In this document: positions 40,058-52,199 of the stretch, one piece after another | Position numbering within the stretch: the first letter of the stretch is position 1 | How the letters are laid out: the number at the start of each line of letters is the position of its first letter | Assembly (NCBI GenBank): GCA_030141605.1 | Contig: JAQGDQ010000060.1 | Location: 124,001 to 188,000, forward strand | From: Tubiluchus corallicola | Lineage: Eukaryota > Animalia > Priapulida | Direction: 5' to 3' | DNA: 64,000 nt | Notes under the pieces: generated by a model | Database searches by the model: none | What the model was told of the DNA's origin: nothing | Seen by the model: only the letters and a program-made list of their open reading frames with translations | Position numbers and translations under genes: made by a program

Positions 40058-40196
40058 TCAGTAAACTCGTGTTCAGTTTGAAGCTGACGGTGTCCAGAAC
40101 ACAACCATGTTTGTTGGGAAAAGCCGGAATGGGACCACGATTGCGATAGTAGTTATCCATCTCTTCCGGTGTCGTAGGAACTCCATCCATCGACAC
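40058..40196 (-). CDS. Cache-domain gene exon (VSMDGVPTTPEEMDNYYRNRGPIPAFPNKHGCVLDTVSFKLNTSLL)
   Basis: ttttttaacag acceptor and A|gtgaga donor; phase 0-1 fits both neighbours. Confidence 0.82.
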
Positions 40197-41667
40197 CTGT
40201 TAAAAAACGTTTGCAAAATTTCCGTATTAGAACTCCAATCTTGTTCTTTGACGCTCTTATCATTATTTGCCTTCTAGAAATTAAATCTTGCATTCCAAGT
40301 GTGACGAGACAGGATTAGTTCCTGTTCTTTATTCTACACCATTGAGCTGAGAAGCCGTAGTAGTACATGTATTATGTACATAGGCTCTTGCCTTACAAAT
40401 GAATTCTTTTGTATTTTACATGAATCATAGTAGATGGCGCAAGAAGACGTCTGCAATAGTGTACCTATATAGCTAGTATATACTGCGTAAAGTCTGCAAT
40501 AGGGTACCTATATGTTAGGCAGTAACATACTCATAACATTTTCATCATAGACTGAATGCAACAAAAAGTTTATAACTGCATTTTTCAATTTGCTGCAAAG
40601 ACGCGTCCAAAATAAAGCTGCCTGATCCACTACAGTATGAAACACTGTCCTTAATAACAATAATCACTCGAAAGTAACGCACAAATCTTCACAAAACAGC
40701 CGCAGCTTTTCAATACTTTGAAATTCTGCAGCAAGCTAATTAAAAGGAAGTGGAGTCAACAAGCAATTCTTGTCATTTAGATGCATAACTTTAACAGAAA
40801 TATCCTAATTAAATGCTCCTTTCAAAATTTTCAGAAGAACGAAAGCCATTTCTAGAAACCTGACTAATAACTAATACGGATCAATTCAAATGAATGAAAA
40901 TGATAATGCAGTTTTAACAGAGTGTCTTTGCTGTTATGAAACTTGTTCTCATAATTATAAGATCTAGCCCAACATACAGATTAACACCTACAAATGCATC
41001 ATATGTTCAGGTTCAAAAGCATTAATGTATTTAACATAGCATGCTTAAATACCGGACTAAGCAAAAAGATGTCTGGTACACCTTGTCTATCTGAACACTT
41101 TAACTGTTTACTGAGGTACCACAATTTTTACAATTTTGTTATCACCTAGACAATGTTGATGGCTGAACACTAACTGTGGCAGTCTGTAATGCTATGAAGT
41201 TCAATTACACAACAACCACATAACTTTGAAGCATGACTTAAAGCAAAACAGGAACCAATTTCAGATTATAGCTCAAAACAATCTAACCTATAAAATATTG
41301 AAAGGGACATGTTGCTTTTTCAAGAATGACCTATGTGAAAGAATTATTACCATAGAAATACAATTTCGCATTCATGCTGCTAGCTCTTCACTGTTACATG
41401 CATTTCACCATGCTCAAGAGCTCGTGCATTAACACATTTGTGAACATGATATTTAAGTTTTTAAAAGTGAAATTGCACTTTTATTGCAAATCGTGATCAG
41501 TGTTGTACAGCAGCAATGCACTTATATTTTCGCTTTCAAAAAACCTGATAATATCCCTGTGACGTATTTGTGCCATAAAAATCATGTTTAATTGTGATAC
41601 CATCACTAGCTGGGCTTAATGGATGTTAATTAAGCATATTGTACTTCAGAGCTGTGATGAGATAAAA

Positions 41668-42111
41668 TGTAATGCTGGCAGGGGAATACAGTAGACTTCT
41701 CAGGTGTGCATGTGAACGTGGCTTTATCTGGCACACACTTGTATTCTGACCTTGTGTTAGTAAAAGCCACTAGTCACGTGCACACCTGAGCTTATAAAAA
41801 GGGAAGGTCTGCTGTAGACTCTGGTCAGTGGTCGTGTCTTTCATTGCAGCTCTGTTCACATTTCACAGGCTTTGCCGCAAACTCCGTTCTTCCAGGTAAG
41901 CTGTTGTTCCTTATTGGGGGTGTGATATGTAGTAATAAATTGTCATTTCGACTCCATTATTCGGGTTCTGTTTTGGTTAAGGTGTTGAACGACTTAATTG
42001 AGATATGCCGCAAGGTGTGGGCCGCGGTGCCATCCGTCCTGCCTCCGTTAAAAGTGGACAGCAGTCCAATATTAACCTATTACTTAATTATCAGAAACAC
42101 TGGCATTATTA
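41668..42111 (+). mobile_element. Probable solo LTR (second family) with TATA box and polyA signal
   Basis: tgtaatgc ... gcattatta ends, taaaa on both flanks, TATAAAAA at 41793, AATAAA near 41935. Confidence 0.55.
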
Positions 42112-42286
42112 TAAAATTATAACAATAACAATTATTATTGTTAACATGTATTCTTTTTATGGTAATTCAAAATGGGATAGGATGTGAAAAATCAACCTTT
42201 TTTCCTTTAACAAAAATTCAGTGATTGTAACTTTCGACTCCTTCAGTCTGAATCCACATCTCTACAAAAAATTAGGTAAATCATAC

Positions 42287-42485
42287 CACTGGCGAGTCTT
42301 TTGAAACATGGCAAATGCCTTGATAATCTCTGGTTTCAACTTTTACAAAGAGTTTGTGCTCGAAAAGAAGAGATTTGACGACTTCAGCCTCGCGAGCTCC
42401 CAATGTTGGTGAGGCTGTTTCCATCTCTTTATGAAATGCCTCCTGGTCAACAATCACGTAACCTTCATCATCAAATACGTAGCAC
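42287..42485 (-). CDS. Cache-domain gene exon, minimal form (CYVFDDEGYVIVDQEAFHKEMETASPTLGAREAEVVKSLLFEHKLFVKVETRDYQGICHVSKDSPV)
   Basis: tgttctctag acceptor, phase 2, donor GTG|gtatga; C(Y/F).(L/F)DD.G(Y/F) and DYQ..C motifs typical of alpha2delta/CACHD1. Which of the 23 tandem acceptors is used is unknown. Confidence 0.85.
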
Positions 42486-44100
42486 CTAGAGAACAGAGCA
42501 AGAACAAGCTTACAATGGTCAACAATCACGTAACCTTCATCATCAAATACGTAGCACCTAGAGAACAGAGCAAGAACAAGCTTACAATGGTCAACAATCA
42601 CGTAACCTTCATCATCAAATACGTAGCACCTAGAGAACAGAGCAAGAACAAGCTTACAATGGTCAACAATCACGTAACCTTCATCATCAAATACATAGCA
42701 CCTAGAGAACAGAGCAAGAACAAGCTTACAATGGTCAACAATCACATAACCTTCATCATCAAATACGTAGCACCTAGAGAACAGAACAAGAACAAGCTTA
42801 CAATGGTCAACAATCACATAACCTTCATCATCAAATACGTAGCACCTAGAGAACAGAACAAGAACAAGCTTACAATGGTCAACAATCACATAACCTTCAT
42901 CATCAAATACGTAGCACCTAGAGAACAGAACAAGAACAAGCTTACAATGGTCAACAATCACATAACCTTCATCATCAAATACGTAGCACCTAGAGAACAG
43001 AGCAAGAACAAGCTTACAATGGTCAACAATCACATAACCTTCATCATCAAATACGTAGCACCTAGAGAACAGAACAAGAACAAGCTTACAATGGTCAACA
43101 ATCACGTAACCTTCATCATCAAATACGTAGCACCTAGAGAACAGAACAAGAACAAGCTTACAATGGTCAACAATCACGTAACCTTCATCATCAAATACGT
43201 AGCACCTAGAGAACAGAGCAAGAACAAGCTTACAATGGTCAACAATCACATAACCTTCATCATCAAATACGTAGCACCTAGAGAACAGAGCAAGAACAAG
43301 CTTACAATGGTCAACAATCACGTAACCTTCATCATCAAATACGTAGCACCTAGAGAACAGAGCAAGAACAAGCTTACAATGGTCAACAATCACATAACCT
43401 TCATCATCAAATACGTAGCACCTAGAGAACAGAACAAGAACGAGCTTACAATGGTCAACAATCACATAACCTTCATCATCAAATACGTAGCACCTAGAGA
43501 ACAGAACAAGAACAAGCTTACAATGGTCAACAATCACATAACCTTCATCATCAAATACGTAGCACCTAGAGAACAGAACAAGAACAAGCTTACAATGGTC
43601 AACAATCACATAACCTTCATCATCAAATACGTAGCACCTAGAGAACAGAACAAGAACAAGCTTACAATGGTCAACAATCACATAACCTTCATCATCAAAT
43701 ACGTAGCACCTAGAGAACAGAACAAGAACAAGCTTACAATGGTCAACAATCACATAACCTTCATCATCAAATACGTAGCACCTAGAGAACAGAACAAGAA
43801 CAAGCTTACAATGGTCAACAATCACATAACCTTCATCATCAAATACATAGCACCTAGAGAACAGAGCAAGAACAAGCTTACAATGGTCAACAATCACATA
43901 ACCTTCATCATCAAATACGTAGCACCTAGAGAACAGAGCAAGAACAAGCTTACAATGGTCAACAATCACATAACCTTCATCATCAAATACGTAGCACCTA
44001 GAGAACAGAACAAGAACAAGCTTACAATGGTCAACAATCACGTAACCTTCATCATCAAATACGTAGCACCTAGAGAACAGAGCAAGAACAAGCTTACAAT
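42444..44100 (-). repeat. 72-bp tandem array x23; each unit = polypyrimidine tract + AG acceptor + start of the exon
   Basis: Unit (minus strand) ccattgtaagcttgttcttgctctgttctctag|GTGCTACGTATTTGATGATGAAGGTTACGTGATTGTTGA; acceptors every 72 nt from 44070 to 42486. Confidence 0.98.
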
Positions 44101-44616
44101 ATCGATTTTTTTATAGACTTTCATATCGATACAAAACAAAATGGATTTTTTTATGTATTATCGAATCGATGAAATAAATGATTATCACCACAGAAAATCG
44201 ACACAATTGGAATATCGATATTAAAATTGACGTGTCATTTCTGCCCTAGCAATAATAAACATATTTCATGCAAATTATTCACAATAGTTTCATGAGTGCA
44301 AATCATTAATTTACACAGTCGTAAGGTCACCATTTAAATATATAAAATCATTTAAAGACAACACGTATTTTAGAAATAAAAATTGTATCAAAATGTATTG
44401 TAAAATGCCTATTGAAATCGAAGTTGTATCGCAAGTCCTTATCGTTTATCAAAATTGTATCACAATTTTTGTATCGATTTCCTTCAGTATATGCAGGTTC
44501 AAACCATTTCTACAGCATGCCTACCGGTAAGCATGTTCTAATGAAAGTGTACATTGTGGTGATTACTAGGAGTTCAAGTAATCTGTGTGCAATTTCAAAT
44601 GAGTATACATGAATAT

Positions 44617-45032
44617 TAGGGGTGAGCATTCTCTACCAGAAGCGAATTCGAATCGAACCGAATTTGTGACTTTCGAATTCGAATCGAACCGAACTTCGGT
44701 GTTTCGAATTCGAACCGAATTCGAATTGGGATTGAACGATTTTCAAACAAGTTTTCAAACCACCAGTAAAAATTAGTCTTACAAAGATCATGTGTATCAC
44801 TAGATTTTGTTCTACAATAAAACGACTAGTAATTTGTTTAAAATTGTGCACAGAAATCACTGCTAATTGCATGTTGTTTCAATCGTTTTAGTGATCAGGA
44901 ATATATGTGATTGAAGTGCTGAATTATTTGAATCTATAGTTTTGGATTCAAATCGAGTTCGAACTAAAAAAAACTCGTTCGAATCGAATTCGAGCGTTCA
45001 AATTCGATTCGAACGTTCGATGCTCACCCCTA
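44617..45032. mobile_element. hAT-type MITE (ttcgaa-rich family)
   Basis: TIR taggggtgagcat / atgctcaccccta; TSD atgaatat/gtgaatat. Confidence 0.9.
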
Positions 45033-45870
45033 GTGAATATTGGCATTAACCGTTTTCCATTGATGTAGATAAGACTGGAGCTTACTGCTGATATTTCATA
45101 AAAAATCAATAAAAGTCCACAGAATTAATACTAGGCATTTATGCAGTCTGTGTGCAATTTCAAATGTTTATAACTTGGAGCTGTACAAGAACTGTTGACA
45201 GTTGCAAAATATTTGGGACTGTTCGCCGTTGTCGCGAAAACGTCATTGGCTTCAGAAAACTTTCTTAAAATGTTTAAAGTTTGTCGCCGGAGTCACAGGA
45301 TTCGTTATCTTGTCAGAATTTTGTAAAATTGCCGTAAAGTCGTCATAGCATGCGCAAAATGTTGGCAACAGTTTCAGAATCTGCGAAATCTTGGCAAACC
45401 TTTTTTCGACATTTGCGACGTTTTTGCAAACCGCCGCTGTCCCGCTCAAAATGTCGCGCAAATGTCGTACAACATTCACCTTGTTGCATCAGTGTCACAG
45501 AGGTCGCCAGATATGGACAGAAGCGTCGTGCGAATTTCAATTGACCTTCTCACAATTTTCATCGGATAAAAAAGCCCAAAATTCCCCCAAAAATATGGCG
45601 ACTAGCGAATTTTGCACGATGATGTGCAATAAAGCAAAAGCGCTGAAAATTTTTGGTCAGTCACTGTTGGACTTAGATAAAATATGGATCATCGGAAAAA
45701 AGTCGTGGTTCCGTGAAACTCTGGCTTTAGGGATTTGTTGCCAGAGCTAGACTTTATCAAATTTTTAAGAATGTACATATTTGGAGCTAATCCTACATTA
45801 TTACTGTATCAGTTATCACTTGTGTCACCTATCTCTATATAACTATTATTATATCTGTATCGCTTAATAC

Positions 45871-46076
45871 CTAGACTGGCAGACATCTTGCTTTTTTCCA
45901 CATATGTACTGAGTTCCACAACCAGGCATGCCAGTTAAACGAGTCTTCTCCAGTACACCGTAAATTTTGTTGTGAAAATTTCCATATCGAACATCCACAC
46001 CGAGTACTGCTTCAACTGGCCCATAGGTGGCTCTGGTATTGTTACCTTGATATAGTGCTTTGGATACTGTCATGAC
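45871..46076 (-). CDS. Cache-domain gene exon (VMTVSKALYQGNNTRATYGPVEAVLGVDVRYGNFHNK...DVCQSR)
   Basis: ttcttag acceptor and AG|gtatta donor; phase 0-2; dCache strands 'MTVSKA' and 'AVLGVD'. Confidence 0.9.
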
Positions 46077-46255
46077 CTAAGAAAATTGTACAAACAAACG
46101 TTTTAATAAATAGCAGTTTAGCAGTTTATATCCTAACCTTCACATTCATTCTCATATTCTGCTTACCTGAATGTTATTGATTTTACCGCTTAAATTCATG
46201 GGCTCTCAACTTGGGGTCTGCCAATCCCTAGGGGTTCACAGGGGAACTTGGGTGA

Positions 46256-46599
46256 TGTTGTGTTTTGTTTCTCTCGGAAGGTTCATAGAGAAAACCAGAA
46301 AACATCGTCAAGTTAAACTAGTTTATTATGCGAGAATTCTACAACACAAAAGTATGAAGGAACGCGAAATGTTCACAGTTAATTTGATAATCTGGAAACG
46401 TGAAAGCGAGAAAGCGTATCTGAGAATATGAGGATACAAGAGGATAAATTCCAGCGGCCAGCTCCGCCTTATATATCAGTGCAAAAGAACAATCTAGAAA
46501 TAGAAAGTTCTCGAAACTTCTACAAGGTAAGAAGATTGTTCTACTATACTATACAACATTCTACAATTTTCTATTTAATTCTAATGGATCTCCACAACA
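46256..46599 (+). mobile_element. Solo LTR, family A
   Basis: tgttg...caaca termini, perfect 5-bp TSD ggtga. Confidence 0.88.
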
Positions 46600-47877
46600 G
46601 GTGACTAGTGAAAGAGTACTACAGTAGCACTTAGTCTTAAACCTGCATGCTCTGACGTCTTAAAGAAAGGCCAAGTCCTTTGGGACATTAAGCTTATTCC
46701 AATGTCCGTGAAAAATGTTAGAAGAATTTAGTTATAGAAGTGCCTCATGTAATCAGTAAAATCAGTATAAAGTCATGATCATTTCATGCCTAAGAGCTCC
46801 CATTTTGAATGCCCATTTTTTCACCAGTGATGGTCATTTATTGACTGAAGAAACGTAGCATCAATTTCTGTCAAAAGTACAATGCTTTGCAACAGAATAG
46901 ATAGCTAGTTTTGTGATATTTTTACATGAACATTAGGTAAGCTGCAGAAGTCTGAACTAGTTTAAGCAGCGTACACTTATGGAACGCCACGATGTGCTTA
47001 CGAAAAGCCGCAATGTCCACCAGTGATGTCACAATCAAAAATGAATGGCAGTTACTACCATTGCCTGCAAATTTCTATACACCTTTAGTATAAATTGACT
47101 TCAATGCTTTATACAAATCTTTTTGTTTCATTTTTCTAAGCTTAAGTGATAAGTGATAATAGTAAAATAAATCCAACATGCTAAGCGATTTGTCCTTTTC
47201 TTTAACACTGCTGTCTGCAGACAGATGGTTGTAAATAGATGTGTGCCACATTAATTTGTTTCATTACTTCCTATTCAAACACCATGTCTGAATGGTTCTT
47301 AATTACAACAATGATTATGTTTTTGTGTAGCTCTGTATAGGCTTATTGATTGTGTTTCGTCTATAATGTATTATATTTTCATGTGTGTGTGTGTCTGTAT
47401 GGAGCTTCGTTCAAGCTGCATTCAATTTTGCGTGTGGGGTGCAGTCAACCATCTTGTATCAGTTGCTGTGTATGCTTGTATAGGCCAAGTTACTTTAGGC
47501 CACATTTTTTATAAAACTCCTTTCTGCTTTTCTAAATATACTACGTTTATGACGCCAATGCTTAAATTCCGAATAAAGTTGTTAAATTTGAACCATTTCA
47601 AAACCATTGCGGTGCCATTGTGCATTTAATTAGTCTCATTATATTGTTGCAAGGGTGGGCAAGAGGGCCAGGGTTCAAATCTGGATTAATGAGAGTTCCA
47701 GTTGTTAGAAAGCGACTCCAAAAACGAGAAAAGAAATCAGAAATTTATAGGAATAACCTGCCAGAATTTTCCTCTTGCCTCCTCTATCTGGCCCTCTGTT
47801 CTGTGGAACAGGTGCTTTGATGGCTAACACACCTGCCCATGCTGCTGCGGAATCATGAAAGCATTACATTGCGGCGT

Positions 47878-48195
47878 ATTTACAACTGCTGATATGCAAT
47901 GGCTTCGTAAGAGCTGATCCATTGCAATATAGAAGACGTACCTGAAAAACTGGCTTCAACGCAATATTACCAAAGCATATCAAGGCTTATTTGCAACTGC
48001 TGATATGCAATGGCTTCGTAAGAGCTGATCCATTGCAATACAGTGGAGGTACCTGAAAAACTGGCTTCAACGCGATATTACCAAAGCATATCAAGGCTTA
48101 TTTACAACTGCTGATATACAATGGCTTTGTAAGAGGTGATCCATTGCAATATAGAAGAGGTACCTGAAAAACTGGCTTCAGTGCAATATTACCAT
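47878..48195. repeat. Tandem repeat, ~111-bp unit, ~3 copies
   Basis: caactgctgatatgcaatggcttcgtaagagctgatccattgcaata...gtacctgaaaaactggcttca repeated. Confidence 0.9.
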
Positions 48196-48874
48196 TCTGT
48201 GTATGGATACTGAGTTTCTATGTATTGAGTAAATTCTGTTATAGGGCATGTGGTGATGGTCTGATAACTCATGGGGACCTTGACAAAAAAGATTGAGAAC
48301 CCCAGACTTAAGCATATCTAGTTTTTATTTGCAATGTATGACTGCATGATGGCAGTATTTTTTCTGTAGCGTTCACTTTTTTCATTAAAGAAAAACAACA
48401 TGTGTATCGCTTAACATACACAATATCATAGCATGATTTGCTCGAGAATATATATTCTATTTATTTACCGAAAGGATGTTTTGTAATGTTCACTCTCACT
48501 CTACAAACCCGTTCTGTTTTCACTTCGTAATTTATTTATTTTTTATTGTTTGCTTGTTAATGACTTGCAATATCTTCCTGGGAAAAAGCATCCAATAGAC
48601 TGTATTGCGTTATGTTAAATAAGTATGAATTTATTGTGGGGTTGCTGATTCGTTAATGTCATGTTTTTCGCCACCCCTTCCCAATCAGGTTTATGCTTGT
48701 ATAACTAATGTGTTTGTTTTTTATGTCAGGAATAAACAAATTTGACTTGATTTGATTTAAAATTACCAGTTCATTATACTTACTAGGGCTATATATGTTT
48801 TTGAGAAATGAATGGTGGTCAGATTAAAAACTTGGCTTTTAAACAGCTTCTGCCAGCAGCAAACTGGTTGGTTA

Positions 48875-49160
48875 ACAGCAAAATATACAACAAAATAGAC
48901 AGCAAAATAGACATCAAAATATACATGAAAATAGACATCAAAATAGAGAGCAAAACAGACATCAAAATAGAGATCAAAATAGACAGCAAAACAGACAGCA
49001 AACTATACAGCAGAATAGACAGCCAAATAGACATCGAAATAGACATCAAAATAGACAGCAAATTATACAGCAGAATAGACAGCCAAATAGACATCGAAAT
49101 AGACATCAAAATAGACAGCGAACTATACAGCAGAATAGACATCAAAACAGAAACAGCAAA
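48875..49160. repeat. 12-bp degenerate minisatellite (aaaatagacagc/atc)
   Basis: About 23 units, just downstream (minus sense) of an exon donor. Confidence 0.9.
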
Positions 49161-49237
49161 ATGGGCACACACCATGAACTATTATGGTGGAAGTAGTTTT
49201 TTGTTCAATGTGAAAATGTTTTAATGTAACTGCTTAC

Positions 49238-49322
49238 ATTTCCGTGGCCTGCAGCATCCAAGTACATTTGGGAGACAATGATTCTGTCTGGTCGTTCTTT
49301 AGCTTTCTTATACCACATTCTC
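49238..49322 (-). CDS. Cache-domain gene exon (RMWYKKAKERPDRIIVSQMYLDAAGHGN)
   Basis: ttattcag acceptor and AAT|gtaagc donor; completes the YDPARRMWY motif; YLDAAG Cache motif. Confidence 0.92.
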
Positions 49323-50290
49323 CTGAATAAATCATTGCAACGCTGAATATTAGTTACATAACTAGAAGACAAATAGCTGAGTAATTATTATATATCACTG
49401 GATGCAAAGTTAAGCAATGCCGGACCAGCTTAAGTAAAAGGAGTAGCAAACGTTAAAAAAACTGCTTTCGAGTATTTTGGCTGCCATATTGCTGGAGGCT
49501 ATTTATCTCAATGTAAGAGCAGGAATGCACATCCGAATATGGCTAAGACAAATCTGGGTAAAAAAGTCGCAGGTAAAAAATCACAGAAAAAAGTCGCAAG
49601 AAAAAGTTACAGGAAAAAAGGCACAGGAAAAAAAGAAATAACTCTAACCCTAACAATAACAAATAACACCTATTGTTAACCCTAACTCTAGCCAAAATTA
49701 AAAATGATTTTTTTTCACTATGACTTTTTTCCTCGCCAAAATTGTGACTTTTTTCTGTGAGTTTATTATCGATCACCGGCTAAGACACTACTGTTGGTTT
49801 AGTGTCTCACATTAGAGAAGCATTTCTTATCGTGAACTGGGTCCTGTACTACCACAGCCATCTACATTAGGTAAACTCAGGTGCAGAGTGTTGAATCTCA
49901 GCTTGCACATGCGGGTAAAGCAAAGTGTACCATCAGTTCATTTATTTTACGTGGACTTTATTTAATTATGCATTCGTCTATGTGTAGAATGATTTGCTAG
50001 CAAGATCTTGCTTGGGAACAAGAAAAAATGAACTAGCAAAGGTTCTAGCTACCTGTTAAAAGTGTTACTATTACAATCGCATGGACTGCGAGGCATTGTC
50101 AAGTGTACACAAATGCATTGTCTAGTACAGTTATCCTTTGACCTTTTTACGACCTCAATCGCTGGAACTGTGAAAAGGCTTATTACCACTGTTAAATCAT
50201 TACAGATTAATATACTTAGTAAAAAAGACAATTTCAACGTGCCGTTTGATGGTGAAAATCAGAAGTGAACCTCCGCTTCATAAAACATAC

Positions 50291-50449
50291 CGTGCAGGGT
50301 CGTAAGCCTTTGGAAGACGCATGCCAGGATAGTTACGAAAGGTTCCGCTCTGACACCCTATGAAAACTGATATCAAAGGAACGTCAACACAATCAGATGT
50401 TGTGTTTTTCCAGAGAAACTCTAATTTTGACGTCAGACGTACATCTGCT
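50291..50449 (-). CDS. Cache-domain gene exon (ADVRLTSKLEFLWKNTTSDCVDVPLISVFIGCQSGTFRNYPGMRLPKAYDPAR)
   Basis: tttacag acceptor and CG|gtatgt donor; phase 2-2; FIG..SG.FR.YPG dCache motif. Confidence 0.92.
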
Positions 50450-51086
50450 CTGTAAATAAACAACAACATTTTAGGCTAATACTGGAATGGTGTTACATCT
50501 TTGAGAAGATTTTGACGCAAACATAAACAATATCTAGGCTTGCAGTTCAGGTTTACTTGACTACAGTTATGCCTGATTATCACACTTATTAGACGGGTTC
50601 TCGTCTCTTTTTAGACGGTCAAATGAATTGCAGAGAAATAGTCCGTGTATCGGTATCAATATTCACTGTATGTTGCAACTACAACATATGCACAAACTGA
50701 GCTGGATTATGACATTTTCGGGCCCCTACTCTAACACGATTAGCCCCCCCCCCCCCACAAACAGAGCCACCCTCCAATTCGCAAGCAGCCGTCTTGACTA
50801 CTTTTTACTCATTATACATTTTAGCAACATTTACATACCTTGAAATAAACACTTGCAAATTCCGAGTGCTCGGAACAGTCACGAAGGATGGTGTAAATGA
50901 TATAGCGTCTGTCTGGGGAATGACGGAAACGTTTTTAGGTAAACAGTGGGTAATTAACGACGAAAGCTATTTTAGGCAAAAACAAAGCAGCTATCTATCA
51001 ACTTCAAGCAACACCACATGTTACAATCTGAGTGAGTTTGAGCAAGTGAAAATAACAAAATCAACCATTACACCTACCTCACACAG

Positions 51087-51438
51087 GCAGGGCCGGATTA
51101 TGATGTTTTTGGGCCCCTAGGTTAATGAAATTATGGGGCCCCCTCAAAAGGAGCCACCCTGTAACTCACCTACATCTGTTTTTAATATTTTCTACTCCTG
51201 ATATATTTTAGCTTGATGGAATATTGTAATCTTTTTAAATAAACTAGAGTCACTATCTTTTGTTTGTCAATATGAACATTATTTAAGAAATATCACTATT
51301 TTACTATTTATTGCAAACCAAATTAGCCCATATTTCAACACAACCGTAGTGTAAAAAACAATTTTTTGCAAAATGTTATCAAAGACAGAAGGGCCTAGGC
51401 TGCAGCCTATACTAGACCATACTATAATATGCTCCTGC
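51087..51438. mobile_element. MITE (gcagggccggattat end); related copy at ~27487-27862
   Basis: Both copies share tttgtcaata..taagaaata..ttactatttatt..taggctgcagcctat. Confidence 0.65.
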
Positions 51439-51965
51439 ACACAAACAACATGTACAATAATTATTATGTTTTTCTCAACCGTTTAGATATTTCTTTACTT
51501 TTGATTTGATCCTGGATAGGGAAGCTACTGGTAAAAGTTCTTGAAGCATGGCAAACCTGCATTGCATCCAGTCTGATTCACCAAAACGGGTCAAGGACTC
51601 ACAACTGAACTCAGAAATCGACATTTTGGCCTGGGCTACAGTGTTTTGAGAATTAACTTCAACCCCGAGGACTTGAGACTCAACTCACAGCTGAAAGATT
51701 TAACTACACTGATCTGTACAAGTAGAATACAACAGTAAAAACTACAGTATAATAATTTTTTGCACATTTTTCTAACACCAACAAAAAATTCTGGATATTT
51801 CTTTTTCCATTCCATGTTTCTGTATAAAAATTTGTCTATTTTACAGCCAAAGTACTGCACACACTTTCCAGGGGCATAATATTTTATTTTACAATACCAT
51901 ATATCATATATCAATATCATATCTTTTACAATACCAAACACAAACCACCAGATGAAATTTGACTG

Positions 51966-52199
51966 GGTGACATAGCCCAATGGTAACGTGCTCGCTTCCC
52001 ACCCGGGAGGTTGCGGGTTCAGCTCCCGACCGAGTCATACCAAAGACTTAAAAAAATGATACTGCTGGTTCTTTGACCAAGCACGCGGGTTTATCCAAAA
52101 AACATGCGGGTAATAATAATCAGGACCACCTTGGAAATAAGCATTAAGTCACTCCAGGTGTTATCCCTGGACTATGTCCTAAATAAAATTATTATTATT
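51966..52199 (+). mobile_element. tRNA-derived SINE with (ATT)n tail
   Basis: tagcccaatggta (A box), ggttcagctcc (B-box-like), gtcataccaaagactt body shared with the 58.8-kb copy. Confidence 0.75.

Noticed and set aside
42431-44116. 561-aa + strand ORF as an independent gene
   Set aside because: It is the antisense of the 72-bp array; any stop-free unit with length divisible by 3 produces it. Unit variants are all non-synonymous in this frame.
48808-49224. Overlapping KID-repeat and hydrophobic ORFs
   Set aside because: Products of the 12-bp minisatellite inside an intron.
51475-51690. ~69-codon open frame on the minus strand (VESQVLGVEVNSQ...KYLNG*) as an extra Cache exon
   Set aside because: No acceptor in the right phase, and the flanking exons 52642 and 50449 already join in frame.
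51966-52040. tRNA genes (also 58829-58905 and 21770-21842)
   Set aside because: A and B boxes are present but I could not build a proper cloverleaf, and they continue into non-tRNA bodies (a shared body and simple-repeat tail in the 52-kb and 58.8-kb copies), as in SINEs.
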